A stretch of 64,000 nucleotides of DNA, from assembly GCA_003166915.1 (NCBI GenBank), contig PMUK01000155.1, positions 5,600 to 69,599 of the forward strand, read 5' to 3'. The notes under the pieces are model-generated. The model was not told the origin of the DNA. It made no database searches and worked only from the letters and a program-made list of their open reading frames with translations. Below are positions 45,201 through 54,854 of the stretch, piece by piece. This DNA comes from Vulcanimicrobiota bacterium (GTDB taxonomy: Bacteria > Vulcanimicrobiota > Vulcanimicrobiia > Vulcanimicrobiales > Vulcanimicrobiaceae). Both the position numbers and the translations under genes were made by a program. Positions within the stretch are counted from its first letter, which is position 1, and each line of letters begins with the position of its first letter.

Positions 45201-47675
45201 ATGGCTCAGAAAACTAGTCAAAACATCGTTCCCGCCAATTTGATCGGCATTCTGCCGCTCCAAGAGGCGGTGCTTTATCCGCATACCGTCATTCCGCTGG
45301 CGGTCGTCAAGAAATCCGGCATTCAACTCGTCGAGGAAGCGTTGCGCGAAGGAAAGCCGATCGGGCTTACCGTCCTGCGCGATCGCGAGATAGAGGACCC
45401 CGGCCCCGAAGACGTGCAGCGGGTCGGTACGATCGGCGTCATACAAAAGATGCTGAAAGTTCCCGACGGCACGCTGCGATGCATCGTTGCCGGTCAGCAG
45501 GTCTTCCGCATCGAGCAGTTCACGCAGGTCGCACCCTACATGGTTGCCGCTTACACCGAGTTGCCGGACTCAACGATCGAGAACGAAGAGCTCGTCGCGA
45601 TGCAGCGCAATTTGGCGGGACTCTTCCAAAAGCTGCTTTCGTATCTCCCGCAAGCGCCGCGCGAGATGGAGATGGAAGTCGCCAACATCACCGATCCGGT
45701 GGTGCTGACCTACTTCGTCGCCTCGACGATGCGTTTGGAGACCGCCGATCGTCAGGCGCTTCTCGAGGAACGCGACACGGCTAAGCGCATGCGCAAGCTG
45801 ACGATGCTTCTCACAAAGGAGCTGGAGGTCGTCGAGCTCGGCCATAAGATTCAGAGCGACATCCAACGCGAGATGGAGAAGAATCAACGCGAGTTCTATC
45901 TCCGCCAACAGCTGCGCGCAATACAGGAAGAGCTTGGCGAAGTCGATCCGCAGCAGGCCGAGAACAACGAGCTGCGGGGCAAGATCGACGGTGCAGCGAT
46001 GCCGCCCGACGTGAAGAAGGCGGCCGACCGCGAGCTCGACCGGCTTTCGAAAGTTCCGCAGGCCAGCCCCGAGTACAGCGTCATTCGCACGTACCTCGAT
46101 TGGCTGGTTACGTTACCGTGGAAAGAGGAAACGCCCGATCACATCGAGATAGCGACGGCGCGCGCCGTGCTCGACGAGGATCATTACGACCTTGAAAAGA
46201 TCAAGGACCGGATCGTCGAGTACTTAGCCGTCGGAAAGCTCAAGAAGAGGTTGACGGGACCGATCCTCTGTTTCGTGGGACCGCCGGGCGTAGGAAAAAC
46301 CTCGCTCGGTCAGTCGATCGCTCGGGCGATGGGACGCAAGTTCGTTCGCCTTTCGGTGGGCGGCGTTCGCGACGAGGCCGAGATTCGCGGCCATCGGCGC
46401 ACGTACATCGGCGCGATGCCGGGCACGATCATTCGCGCGATTCGCGATGCAGGTACGCGTAACCCCGTGTTGATGATCGACGAGATCGACAAGGTGGGCG
46501 CGGATTTTCGCGGGGACCCGCAGTCGGCATTGCTCGAAGTGCTCGATCCCGAGCAGAATAACAACTTCCGCGACCATTATCTCGACCTGCCGTTCGATCT
46601 TTCGCAAGTGCTATTTATCTGCACCGCAAACGCGCTCGATACGATCTCGCCGCCGTTGCGGGATCGCATGGAGATCATCACGCTCTCGGGCTACACCGAG
46701 CTCGAAAAGCTCCAGATAGCCAAGCGATATCTGCTCAAGAAGCAGCGCAAGAACAACGGCGTGCGTGATTCCCAAGCCCAGATCAGCGACCAGGCGATTC
46801 GCGCGATCATCAACGACTATACGCGTGAAGCCGGCGTACGAAACCTCGAGCGAGAGATCGGAACGGTCTTTCGCAAGATCGCGCGCAAGATCGCGGAGAA
46901 CGCGCGTTACAAGGCGCGCGTCAAGCCGGAGAGCCTCGTCGAGTACCTCGGCAGGCCGAGATTCTTCAACGAGGTGCGCAAGCGCGTCGCCTCGGTCGGC
47001 GTTGCGACGGGCATGGCTTGGACGCCGGTCGGCGGCGACATTCTCTTCATCGAGACGCAGTCGATGCCAGGGACGGGCAAGCTCGTGCTGACCGGCCAGC
47101 TGGGCGACGTGATGAAGGAGAGTGCGCAGGCCGCCGTCTCGTTCTTGCGTTCGCGTTCGGGGGAGTTGGGCTTACCGGACGATTACTTTGCCAAGCACGA
47201 CATTCACATTCACCTTCCCGCCGGCGCCACGCCGAAGGACGGACCATCGGCCGGAATCGCGCTGGCGACTTCCATCGCTTCGATGCTGACCGGCATCAAA
47301 GTCGACGCGAACTTGGCCATGACCGGCGAGATCACGCTGACTGGACAAGTGCTCCCGATCGGCGGACTCAAAGAGAAGGTTCTCGGCGCAAAGCGATCCG
47401 GCATCACGAAGGTCTTGCTGCCGCGGCGCAACGAGATGGATCTGGACGATATTCCCAAAGAGGTGCGCGAGAGCATGACGTTCGTTCCGGTGGACGAGCT
47501 TTCTGAAGTCCTCCATCACGCGTTAGGGAAGCGGCTGATCTCGCCGGTGCCGCTGGGCTCGGACCACGAGCGGGTGAGTAACGTCGTTCCCCTTCGACTG
47601 CGGACAGGTCACGCTAAACGGCGAAACGGCGTGGTCAAACGCGCTCCGGAGCGCAAGCGTCCCGTTAAGCGATAA
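45201..47675 (+). CDS. lon: ATP-dependent Lon protease
   Basis: 824 aa with a LON N-domain and Walker A GPPGVGKTS. The catalytic Ser (PKDGPSAGIA) and Lys (GGLKEKVLGA) are present. Confidence 0.97.
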   Translation: MAQKTSQNIVPANLIGILPLQEAVLYPHTVIPLAVVKKSGIQLVEEALREGKPIGLTVLRDREIEDPGPEDVQRVGTIGVIQKMLKVPDGTLRCIVAGQQVFRIEQFTQVAPYMVAAYTELPDSTIENEELVAMQRNLAGLFQKLLSYLPQAPREMEMEVANITDPVVLTYFVASTMRLETADRQALLEERDTAKRMRKLTMLLTKELEVVELGHKIQSDIQREMEKNQREFYLRQQLRAIQEELGEVDPQQAENNELRGKIDGAAMPPDVKKAADRELDRLSKVPQASPEYSVIRTYLDWLVTLPWKEETPDHIEIATARAVLDEDHYDLEKIKDRIVEYLAVGKLKKRLTGPILCFVGPPGVGKTSLGQSIARAMGRKFVRLSVGGVRDEAEIRGHRRTYIGAMPGTIIRAIRDAGTRNPVLMIDEIDKVGADFRGDPQSALLEVLDPEQNNNFRDHYLDLPFDLSQVLFICTANALDTISPPLRDRMEIITLSGYTELEKLQIAKRYLLKKQRKNNGVRDSQAQISDQAIRAIINDYTREAGVRNLEREIGTVFRKIARKIAENARYKARVKPESLVEYLGRPRFFNEVRKRVASVGVATGMAWTPVGGDILFIETQSMPGTGKLVLTGQLGDVMKESAQAAVSFLRSRSGELGLPDDYFAKHDIHIHLPAGATPKDGPSAGIALATSIASMLTGIKVDANLAMTGEITLTGQVLPIGGLKEKVLGAKRSGITKVLLPRRNEMDLDDIPKEVRESMTFVPVDELSEVLHHALGKRLISPVPLGSDHERVSNVVPLRLRTGHAKRRNGVVKRAPERKRPVKR

Positions 47676-48702
47676 CCTCGATCCCGCTTCCGGAACGGAC
47701 TTCACCAACGACCGCAGCCATCGTGCTGCGGTCGTTCAATTCGGCAACCAGCATCGCAAGATTCTCGCGTGCGATGCTGATGAGCAATCCACCCGAGGTT
47801 TGAGCATCGGAGAGACCGATGCGCACTTCCTCCGGAACCGACGGCGCGAAATCGGTAAACGTCGCATGCGTCTGCGCGTTGTGACGCGTGCCGCCGGGGA
47901 CGATGCCGTCGCCGATTAACTCGAGCACGCGCGCCATCCAGGGTACCGCCGTCGAGTCGAAGATCAGCCGCACGCGCGAGGCGCGCGCCATGTTTTCCGC
48001 GTGCCCGAGCAGCCCGAAACCGGTGATATCGGTCGCCGCGTGCGCGCCCGCGGCGAGCATCGCCTCGGCGGCGCGGTCGTTGAGCGTCGTCATCGCAGCA
48101 ACCGCTTCATCGAGTTCTTCGGATGCGATCGCGTCGCGCTTGCGGGCCGTCGTTAGGATGCCGGTTCCCAACGGTTTGGTGAGCACGAGTGCATCGCCGA
48201 TCCGCGCACCGGCGTTGGTGACGATCCGCTGCGGATCGACAATCCCGGTAACCGCCATGCCGTACTTCGGCTCCGCGTCTTTGATCGTGTGACCGCCAAT
48301 AATCGCGACGCCCGCGTTGCGCGCGACGCTTGCCCCGCCTTCGAGAATCTGCGCCAAGATCGCGAGGTCCAGATCTTCGGGAAAGGCGACGATGTTGAGC
48401 GCGCTCAACGGGCGCCCACCCATAGCGTAAACGTCGGAGAGCGCGTTGGTCGCCGCGATGCGCCCGAAGTCGTACGGGTCGTCGACGATCGGCGTGAAGA
48501 AATCTACCGTCTGGACCAATCCAACATCGTCGCGTAAAAGATAGACGCCGGCGTCGTCGCTATCGCCGTATCCGACGAGCACGCGCGCGTTCGTCGCGGG
48601 CGAGACGCGTTCCATCACGCTGCGCAGCTCGGCCGCGCCGAGTTTCGCGGCGCAGCCGGCGCACGCGGAGAGTTCGGTCAAGCGGATGCTCTCGACGTTC
48701 AT
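47665..48702 (-). CDS. selD: Selenide, water dikinase (selenophosphate synthetase), Cys-type
   Basis: 345 aa. The N-terminal IRLTELSACAGCAAKLG aligns to E. coli IRLTQYSHGAGCGCKI, with Cys and Lys conserved and no in-frame TGA. It has AIR-synthase-like domains (DDAGVY, FFTPIVDDPYDFGRIAATNALSDVYAMGG). Confidence 0.92.
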   Translation of the reverse strand: MNVESIRLTELSACAGCAAKLGAAELRSVMERVSPATNARVLVGYGDSDDAGVYLLRDDVGLVQTVDFFTPIVDDPYDFGRIAATNALSDVYAMGGRPLSALNIVAFPEDLDLAILAQILEGGASVARNAGVAIIGGHTIKDAEPKYGMAVTGIVDPQRIVTNAGARIGDALVLTKPLGTGILTTARKRDAIASEELDEAVAAMTTLNDRAAEAMLAAGAHAATDITGFGLLGHAENMARASRVRLIFDSTAVPWMARVLELIGDGIVPGGTRHNAQTHATFTDFAPSVPEEVRIGLSDAQTSGGLLISIARENLAMLVAELNDRSTMAAVVGEVRSGSGIEVIA

Positions 48703-48716
48703 AGAAGCAGTATTCG

Positions 48717-49820
48717 ATGTCGAGGCAACTGCTATTCCTTCCCGGGCCGGTGATGGTGGCGCCGCCGGTGCTGCGCGCGATGGACCGGCCGATGATCGAT
48801 CACCGAGGACCGGAGTTTGCAGAGATGCTGGAGCGCATTGCGGCCGCGTTACGCCCGGTCTTCGGGACCCGCGGCGAAATCGCTATCCTTGGAAGCTCGG
48901 GAACCGGCGCGATGGAAGCGCTGGTTGCCAACCTTTTTGCTCCTGGGGACCGGTTGCTCTCATGCCCGGTCGGCTCTTTTGGAAAGCGATTTGCGGGGAT
49001 CGCCACGGCCTACGGCTGCATCGTTGAGATCTTGGAGACACCGCTCGGCGCGGCGGTCGATCCCGCGGCGCTGCAAGCGCGCCTCCGAGCGGATGGGGAG
49101 AAGAGCATCGCCGGCGTTTTGCTGACGCACAACGAGACCTCAACCGGCGTTGCCAACGACATGGCCGCGCTTGCGCCGATGCTGCGCGATCATGGCGCGA
49201 TCACGCTCGTCGACTCCGTCAGTGGCATGGGCGCGAGCGAGTTTCGCATGGACGAGTGGGGTTACGATGCGGTGGCGACCGCTTCGCAGAAGGCCTTCGC
49301 CGCGCCGCCTGGGGTCGCCATGGTCGCAGTCAGCCCGCGCGCGCGAGAGCGTCTCGAGGACCCGGCGCTCGCCCGTTTTTACTTCGATCTGCGACGCGCG
49401 CTGGAATTTTCGCACGTCGGCCAGACGCCGTGGACGCCGCCAATTTCCATCCTCTATGCACTCGACGCCGCCTTGGCGCGCTATCACGCCGCCGGGATGC
49501 AGGCTGCCTTCGAAAGGCATACGCGCTACGCGAACGGCGTGCGCGGATCGCTCCAACGTTTGGGTTTCACGCTCCTTTCGCAGCCGGGCGCGCATTCCGA
49601 CACGATCGTTGCGGCCTATCCACCGCCCGGCGTTGACCCTAACCCACTGCTGCAAGCGCTTCGCGAAGAGTGCGGCATCGTACTCTCCGGCGGTCAGGCC
49701 GAGCTTGCGGGAAAGATCGTGCGCTTCGGCACGATGGGAGACGTGGACGAGAGCGATTTCCAAACGGCCTTCGCCGCGATCGAGGCGACGCTTCGGGCGC
49801 TTACAACTGGTGTCGCTTAA
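48717..49820 (+). CDS. Class-V PLP-dependent aminotransferase (alanine-glyoxylate/serine-pyruvate aminotransferase family)
   Basis: 367 aa: LFLPGPVMVAPPVLRAM..P.IDHRGPEF, THNETSTGV, and the PLP-lysine context ASQKAFAAPPG. Confidence 0.85.
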   Translation: MSRQLLFLPGPVMVAPPVLRAMDRPMIDHRGPEFAEMLERIAAALRPVFGTRGEIAILGSSGTGAMEALVANLFAPGDRLLSCPVGSFGKRFAGIATAYGCIVEILETPLGAAVDPAALQARLRADGEKSIAGVLLTHNETSTGVANDMAALAPMLRDHGAITLVDSVSGMGASEFRMDEWGYDAVATASQKAFAAPPGVAMVAVSPRARERLEDPALARFYFDLRRALEFSHVGQTPWTPPISILYALDAALARYHAAGMQAAFERHTRYANGVRGSLQRLGFTLLSQPGAHSDTIVAAYPPPGVDPNPLLQALREECGIVLSGGQAELAGKIVRFGTMGDVDESDFQTAFAAIEATLRALTTGVA

Positions 49821-50343
49821 AGTACGGCAGCACGAACGGACGCGCAAACCAGGGGATCGTCGAAAGCAACGCGTCGTCCAGCGGCGCGTCGTAGGTTACG
49901 AGATAGGGCGCCAACCGCGATTGATGCAGGTCGGCGCGTATGTCCGGTGAGAGCGGAAAGAAGAGCGCCACGAAGAGCACGAGCCATAACAGGATCGCAC
50001 CCTTCAGCAGGCCGATGAGCGCGCCGCCGAGCGCGTTGCCCAGGCCCAGCACCGGAAGTTTGGCGATGGTGCCCAGCAGACGCGCCACGAAGAGAATAAC
50101 GACGTACGTAAGCAGTCCCGTGCCGAACATTCCAACGACGTGGGCCGATCCGGGACCAAGTTTCGTCACCTGCTCGATCGTTGCGTCCAAGCTTCCGTTG
50201 TAAAACCACGGCGTGACTAAGGCGCCGGTTACCGCAACGGCTCCACCCAGCTCCGAAACGAAGCCGCGCGAATAGCCCTTGAGCATTGCGATGCCCAGGA
50301 TGATGACGATAACCAGATCGGGCCACGGGACGCCCGCGATCAC
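49801..50343 (-). CDS. cvpA: CvpA family membrane protein
   Basis: 180 aa with 4 TM. The N-terminal WPDLVIVIILGIAMLKGYSRGFVSELGG is typical of CvpA. There is a 4-nt overlap with the pheT stop. Confidence 0.8.
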   Translation of the reverse strand: MIAGVPWPDLVIVIILGIAMLKGYSRGFVSELGGAVAVTGALVTPWFYNGSLDATIEQVTKLGPGSAHVVGMFGTGLLTYVVILFVARLLGTIAKLPVLGLGNALGGALIGLLKGAILLWLVLFVALFFPLSPDIRADLHQSRLAPYLVTYDAPLDDALLSTIPWFARPFVLPYFKRHQL

Positions 50344-52661
50344 GTCCGAATCTCCGCTCCGAACTCATTTCGCAGCGCGTCGAGCAACAGCGAAACCGCC
50401 GCATCGGCTTCTTCGTCGGTGATGGTCGCATCGAAGCGCTGCAGCGTTACGCGCGCCGCCAGGCTCTTGCGGCCTTGTCCGATCTGGGGGCCGCGATATT
50501 CGTCGAAAACGGTGGCACCCGTGCAAAGGCTGCCGAGGGCAGCAACGATCGCGCGCTCGACGTCTCGCGCGGCGACGTCGATATCGACGACCAGGGCAAC
50601 GTCGCAATACGTCGAGGGATACTTCGAAGGCACTCGGTAACGCGGCGTTTCGTACGCCCGCAACGATGCGATCTTGACGACGCAGAGATACGCGGGGCGC
50701 TGTAAATCGGAGGCCTTCGCCAAGCGCGGATCGATGCGTCCAAGATGGCCGACCTCGCGCTCGTCGAGCGTGACGAGTGCCGTCTTGCCCGGATGGAAGC
50801 CGGATTGCGTGGTGCGCTTCATCTCGGCGTCGCGCCCGGTAATCTTGCGCAGGAGCTGTTCGCAATCGCCCTTGAGGGCGAGAAAATGGGAATCGCGCCA
50901 CGGCGGTTCGTCCAACGGATCGGCCGAAAAGCCGAAGGTCAATAGCGACTGCTCGACGAGACCGCTTTGCTCGTCGCGGAAGACCTCTCCGGTTTCGAAA
51001 ATGCGGGCCGGCGAAGCGTTCTCCGCGAGGTATTCGATGATTCCCGGAACGAGCGAGTCGCGCAGAAAACGTTGTTCGTCGGAGAGCGGATTTCGAACCT
51101 CGACGGAACCGGCGCCGCGCAGGGATTGCGTGATAATCTCGCGGTACCCCAAGCCTTCCAGGGCCCGCGCGATGCGGCTCTCCAATGCGAACGCGGCGCT
51201 CGAAATTTCGTGCGGGGCGACCGACGGAACGACGAGGGGAATCCGTTCGTAACCTTCGATCCGCGCGACTTCTTCGATCAAGTCGGCCGCGATGGTCAAG
51301 TCGCGACGCCACGCCGGCGGAGTTACGGCCAGAACCTCCGGCTCAACGCGCTCGACCTCGCAACCCAGCGCGGCGAGGTGACGCTCGATCTGTTGCGCGT
51401 GCAGCGACATTCCCAGAAGGCGTTGCACGTCGGCAACCTTGAGCGCGATTGCAGCGGCCCGCGTAACCGGCCCGCCGAAGGCGTGAGGCTCGTAGAGAGT
51501 CGCCCCAAGATCGCGCAGAAGCGCGGCGGCGCGCGCGGCCCCGAGATCGGTCAGAGCCGGGGCGAGTGACTTTTCATGACGGGCCGAAGCCTCCGTGCGT
51601 AACGCCAGCGCATTGCTCATGCGCCGTACGCGGGCGCCGTTGAAGTTTGCCGCTTCGAGGACGATCGCGGTCGTGGCGGGGCCGACTTCGCTTACGGCGC
51701 CGCCCATGAGCCCCGCGAGGCAGAGCGCTCGCTCGTCGTCGGCGACGACGAGCGCGGCACTGGATAGAGTTCGCGTGACGCCGTCGAGCGTAACTATTTG
51801 TTCGCCGTCGTGCGCGCTGCGTACGATCAACCGCCCTCCACGAATCGCTCGTGCGTCGTAAAAATGCAACGGCTGGCCCGTTTCCAGCATGACGTAGTTC
51901 GAGACGTCGACGAGATTATTGATCGGGCGCTGGCCCGACAGCGCGAGGCGAACGCGCATCCATGCGGGGGCGGGCGCGACGCCCACGCCGTCGATGCGTT
52001 GGCTGACGAAGCGATAACAGTCGTGCGATTCGATCAAAACGTCGGGCTCTTCGCCCGGCGGCTCCGCGGCACGACCGGGGTTGACGATCTCCGGCAAGCG
52101 CAGCCCGCTGCCGTAGGAAGCGGCGAGTTCTCGCGCCAGCCCGATGATCGACATCGCATCGGGACGATTCGTCGTAATCTCCACGTCGAGCACTGCGGTG
52201 TCGAGCCCGAAGAGATCGACGACGTCAGCGCCCAAAGCGCAACTCGATTCGAGCTGCATGATGCCGTCTTCAAACCAATCGCCGGGCAGCGCTAGCTCTT
52301 CTGCCGAGATCATCATGCCCTGTGACGCGACGCCTCGCATCGTGCGCGGCGCGATCGTTAAGCCCGGAAGTTGCGCGCCGATCGTGGCGACGGCGATCGT
52401 TTGACCGGCTGCCACGTTCGTGGCAGCGGTCGCAATCGTCAGCCAGGCGTCGTCGCCGACGTCAACCTGTGCGACTTGCAAGCGGTCGGCGTTCGGATGC
52501 TTCTGTAAATCTGCGATGCGGCCGGTAATAACGCCCGTGATCGTTGGTCGCCGTTCGATCTCGGCGACTGGAAAACCTAACGTCGCCAACCGGTCCGCGA
52601 TCGTTTGAGCGTCGGGAGGGAGCGTCACGAACTCGCGCAGCCAGCTTACGGGGACGCGCAC
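50340..52661 (-). CDS. pheT: Phenylalanine--tRNA ligase beta subunit
   Basis: 773 aa: MRVPVSWLREFV..., with a tRNA-binding OB domain, B3/4 and B5 domains and a C-terminal FDX-ACB domain. Confidence 0.96.
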   Translation of the reverse strand: MRVPVSWLREFVTLPPDAQTIADRLATLGFPVAEIERRPTITGVITGRIADLQKHPNADRLQVAQVDVGDDAWLTIATAATNVAAGQTIAVATIGAQLPGLTIAPRTMRGVASQGMMISAEELALPGDWFEDGIMQLESSCALGADVVDLFGLDTAVLDVEITTNRPDAMSIIGLARELAASYGSGLRLPEIVNPGRAAEPPGEEPDVLIESHDCYRFVSQRIDGVGVAPAPAWMRVRLALSGQRPINNLVDVSNYVMLETGQPLHFYDARAIRGGRLIVRSAHDGEQIVTLDGVTRTLSSAALVVADDERALCLAGLMGGAVSEVGPATTAIVLEAANFNGARVRRMSNALALRTEASARHEKSLAPALTDLGAARAAALLRDLGATLYEPHAFGGPVTRAAAIALKVADVQRLLGMSLHAQQIERHLAALGCEVERVEPEVLAVTPPAWRRDLTIAADLIEEVARIEGYERIPLVVPSVAPHEISSAAFALESRIARALEGLGYREIITQSLRGAGSVEVRNPLSDEQRFLRDSLVPGIIEYLAENASPARIFETGEVFRDEQSGLVEQSLLTFGFSADPLDEPPWRDSHFLALKGDCEQLLRKITGRDAEMKRTTQSGFHPGKTALVTLDEREVGHLGRIDPRLAKASDLQRPAYLCVVKIASLRAYETPRYRVPSKYPSTYCDVALVVDIDVAARDVERAIVAALGSLCTGATVFDEYRGPQIGQGRKSLAARVTLQRFDATITDEEADAAVSLLLDALRNEFGAEIRT

Positions 52662-52674
52662 GGTGCTTGCCTCG

Positions 52675-53727
52675 TCAACTCAGCTGCGCGAGAAAGTCGG
52701 GGTCGCTCTTGACGAAACGGCGGATGTCGTCGACTTCGTACCGGGCTAAGCCCAAGCGCTCGACGCCGAAACCAAAGGCCCAACCGGAATAACGGTCCGG
52801 GTCGTAGCCCACCTCGCGAAGGACGTTGGGATGCACCATTCCGGAGCCACCGAGCTCGATCCAACCCGAACCGCCGCACATATTGCACCCTACGGGGCTT
52901 GACTCGAGTGAGCCGGTGCCTTTGCATTTTGGGCACGTCGTGTCTACTTCGGCGCTCGGTTCGGTAAATGGAAAGTACGAGGGTCTAAATCGCACGTTCT
53001 GCTGTTCCCCGAAGAGCTCGCGGCACAACCCCGTGAGCATTCCTTTTAAATGGCCGAAATGGATGCCTTCGGCCACGAGCAATCCTTCGAATTGGTGAAA
53101 TTGAAAGAGGTGACGCGCGTCGACGGCATCTCGGCGAAAACATTTGCCTGGAGCGACGATCGCGATCGGCGGCCGATGTTCTTGCATCGTTCGAATCTGC
53201 ATCGGCGACGTGTGCGGGCGAAGCAGCAGCGTGTCGCTAATCCAAAATGAATCGAAGCCTTCGCGTGCCGGGTGATCGCTTGGAATGTTGAGCGCGTCGA
53301 AGTTGTAGTAGTCCGGCTCGGCCTCCGGGCCGGTGACCACGGCGAATCCGTGGCGCATGAAATAGGCGCAGCTATCATCAATAATTCGCCGGACGGGGTG
53401 AATCGAGCCGACCGGCCGGCGGATGGAGGGAAACGTGACGTCGATTGACGCTGCCAGCTCGGCATCAAAGCGGCGAGACTCGAGCTGTTCGTACGCTGCC
53501 TGCAAGCGCCGCTCCATTGCTGCAACCGCGTCGTTGATAACCTTGCCCGCCTCTGGGCGCTCGGTATGCGGAAGTGTGCCGATCGCGCGTCGCACCGTGG
53601 TGACTTCGCCGTTTCGACCCAGGTAGGCAACTCGCACGCTCTCGAGCGCCTGCTCGTCGTTCGCGCGATCGACCGCAGCGGCAAATCGTTGGGCAACGTC
53701 GTCGAGTCGGCTTGCAAGTTCCGTCAT
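52675..53727 (-). CDS. pheS: Phenylalanine--tRNA ligase alpha subunit
   Basis: 350 aa with class II motifs (HPVRRIIDD, FRRDAVDARHLFQFHQFEG, GSGMVHPNVL, GWAFGFGVERL). Confidence 0.96.
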   Translation of the reverse strand: MTELASRLDDVAQRFAAAVDRANDEQALESVRVAYLGRNGEVTTVRRAIGTLPHTERPEAGKVINDAVAAMERRLQAAYEQLESRRFDAELAASIDVTFPSIRRPVGSIHPVRRIIDDSCAYFMRHGFAVVTGPEAEPDYYNFDALNIPSDHPAREGFDSFWISDTLLLRPHTSPMQIRTMQEHRPPIAIVAPGKCFRRDAVDARHLFQFHQFEGLLVAEGIHFGHLKGMLTGLCRELFGEQQNVRFRPSYFPFTEPSAEVDTTCPKCKGTGSLESSPVGCNMCGGSGWIELGGSGMVHPNVLREVGYDPDRYSGWAFGFGVERLGLARYEVDDIRRFVKSDPDFLAQLS

Positions 53728-54067
53728 AGCTCTTCCAAAGCAAAACGCCCGGCGTGTTCTTTGCTACCAGGCGCTTCGAAACTCGGCTTTGACTTCTCGT
53801 TCGGCCCCAGTGGCCGAGGGTAGTTTACGTCGCGGTTGGTGACGCGTGAAGCCTTCGATAAGCCAGATATGCGTCGATGGAACCCGTATGGATGAAAAGC
53901 CTCCAGAAGAGATTGGACGTTGCCATAGCGCTTTGAAGTCTCCTTCTGAGCCGTCTGCTCCGGGGCGGCTTACGGTCGCGGAATGCGCTGAGTATACCAC
54001 GCGAGTTTTGCCCCCGGTAGTCTTGACTTTTCGAGCCCTGAGTACTCTCTTGACAAAAGTCTAGGCT
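53728..54067 (-). promoter_or_regulatory. 340-nt non-coding structured leader upstream of pheS (candidate T-box; identity unresolved)
   Basis: No credible ORF. On the minus strand: AGAGAGUA near the 5' end (54050-54043); GAAGGAGAC-UUC-A (UUC at 53937-53935); CCUGGUAGC (UGGUA at 53769-53765). A final hairpin GCAAAGAACACGCC/GGGCGUUUUGCUUUG (53764-53736) runs into the pheS SD. pheS T-boxes are common in several phyla. Confidence 0.35.
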
Positions 54068-54850
54068 TTACCGGGCGGCCCCCCGGCGGGTTGCCTCGTA
54101 AAGCGCGATCGAGCCCGCCACGGCGGCGCTGAGGCTCTCCGCCGGGCCTGCCATTGGGATGCCCAATAGGGTCTCGCAACAGGCTTCCCAACGCCCCAAC
54201 CCGTGCCGTTCGTGCCCTACTACCAGCGCCGCAGGACGATCCCATCGCTCGCCGCGCAGTGGTTCACCCTTCGCAGTCAGTCCCAGGACGCGTACGCCGG
54301 AAGCGGCGGCCGCATTCACTAAGGCGGAGGGCTCGCTGATGGCGAGTTTCAGCCGAAAGACCGCGCCCATCGAACCACGGACGACCTTGGGATGATACGG
54401 GTCGACCCCTAGCGATCCGCAGATGGCGCCCGCGCAGCCGAAGGCATCCGCCGATCGTAGAAGGGTCCCGGCGTTCGCCGGGTCGCCGACGTCCGCCAGC
54501 ACGATGGCCGGCCCGCCTTCCGCAAAAATCTCCTCGAGGCTGCGAAAGCGCACCGGCGCGACGGCGACGATTCCGGTTGGGGTTGCGAGATCGGAAATTT
54601 GCGCCGCGCTGGCCGGCTCGACCAGGAAGGTCGGCGTTCCGGTGCGGTCGAGCTCGCGCACCAGCGGCGTCTGGTCGTATGCGGCCTGCGTTACATATAT
54701 TTCCTCAATCGCAAACGCACCGGCATGCGCTTCTTCGAGCAGCGTCGGGCCCTCAAACGCGAAGCGTTTGGATTCCCGCCGCTCCTTGCGGGATTGCAGA
54801 GCCGCAACGCTCTTTAGTCGCTCGGCATGAACTCCGAGTCGTGTTGCCAA
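54068..54850 (-). CDS. TrmH/SpoU-family RNA 2'-O-methyltransferase (RlmB/YsgA-like)
   Basis: 260 aa with an N-terminal substrate-binding domain. SPOUT motifs are present (VLADVGDPANAGTLLRSADAFG, ALVVGHERHGL, IPMAGPAESLSAAVAGSIALYE). Its position just upstream of pheS mirrors B. subtilis ysgA. Confidence 0.88.
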   Translation of the reverse strand: MATRLGVHAERLKSVAALQSRKERRESKRFAFEGPTLLEEAHAGAFAIEEIYVTQAAYDQTPLVRELDRTGTPTFLVEPASAAQISDLATPTGIVAVAPVRFRSLEEIFAEGGPAIVLADVGDPANAGTLLRSADAFGCAGAICGSLGVDPYHPKVVRGSMGAVFRLKLAISEPSALVNAAAASGVRVLGLTAKGEPLRGERWDRPAALVVGHERHGLGRWEACCETLLGIPMAGPAESLSAAVAGSIALYEATRRGAAR

Positions 54851-54854
54851 CGGT

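Noticed and set aside
53834-53846. Plus-strand GGTTGGTGACGCG resembling the T-box core GGGTGGTACCGCG
   Set aside because: It is on the wrong strand for pheS, and the next plus-strand sequence is the antisense of the TrmH-family gene. It matches 10 of 13 positions, which is compatible with chance in GC-rich DNA.
53856-54032. RNase P RNA-like motifs on the minus strand: GAAAAGUC (like CR-I GGAAAGUCC), CGUAAGCCGCCCCGGAGCA (like GGUAAAC.CCACCCGGAGCA) and CUGGCUUAUCG (like CCCGGCUUAUCGG)
   Set aside because: The motifs span only about 180-220 nt, far below known bacterial RNase P RNA sizes. The invariant ACAGAA is replaced by GCAUAU. I could not draw P2/P3 or an S-domain. I keep it only as an alternative to be excluded by cmsearch.
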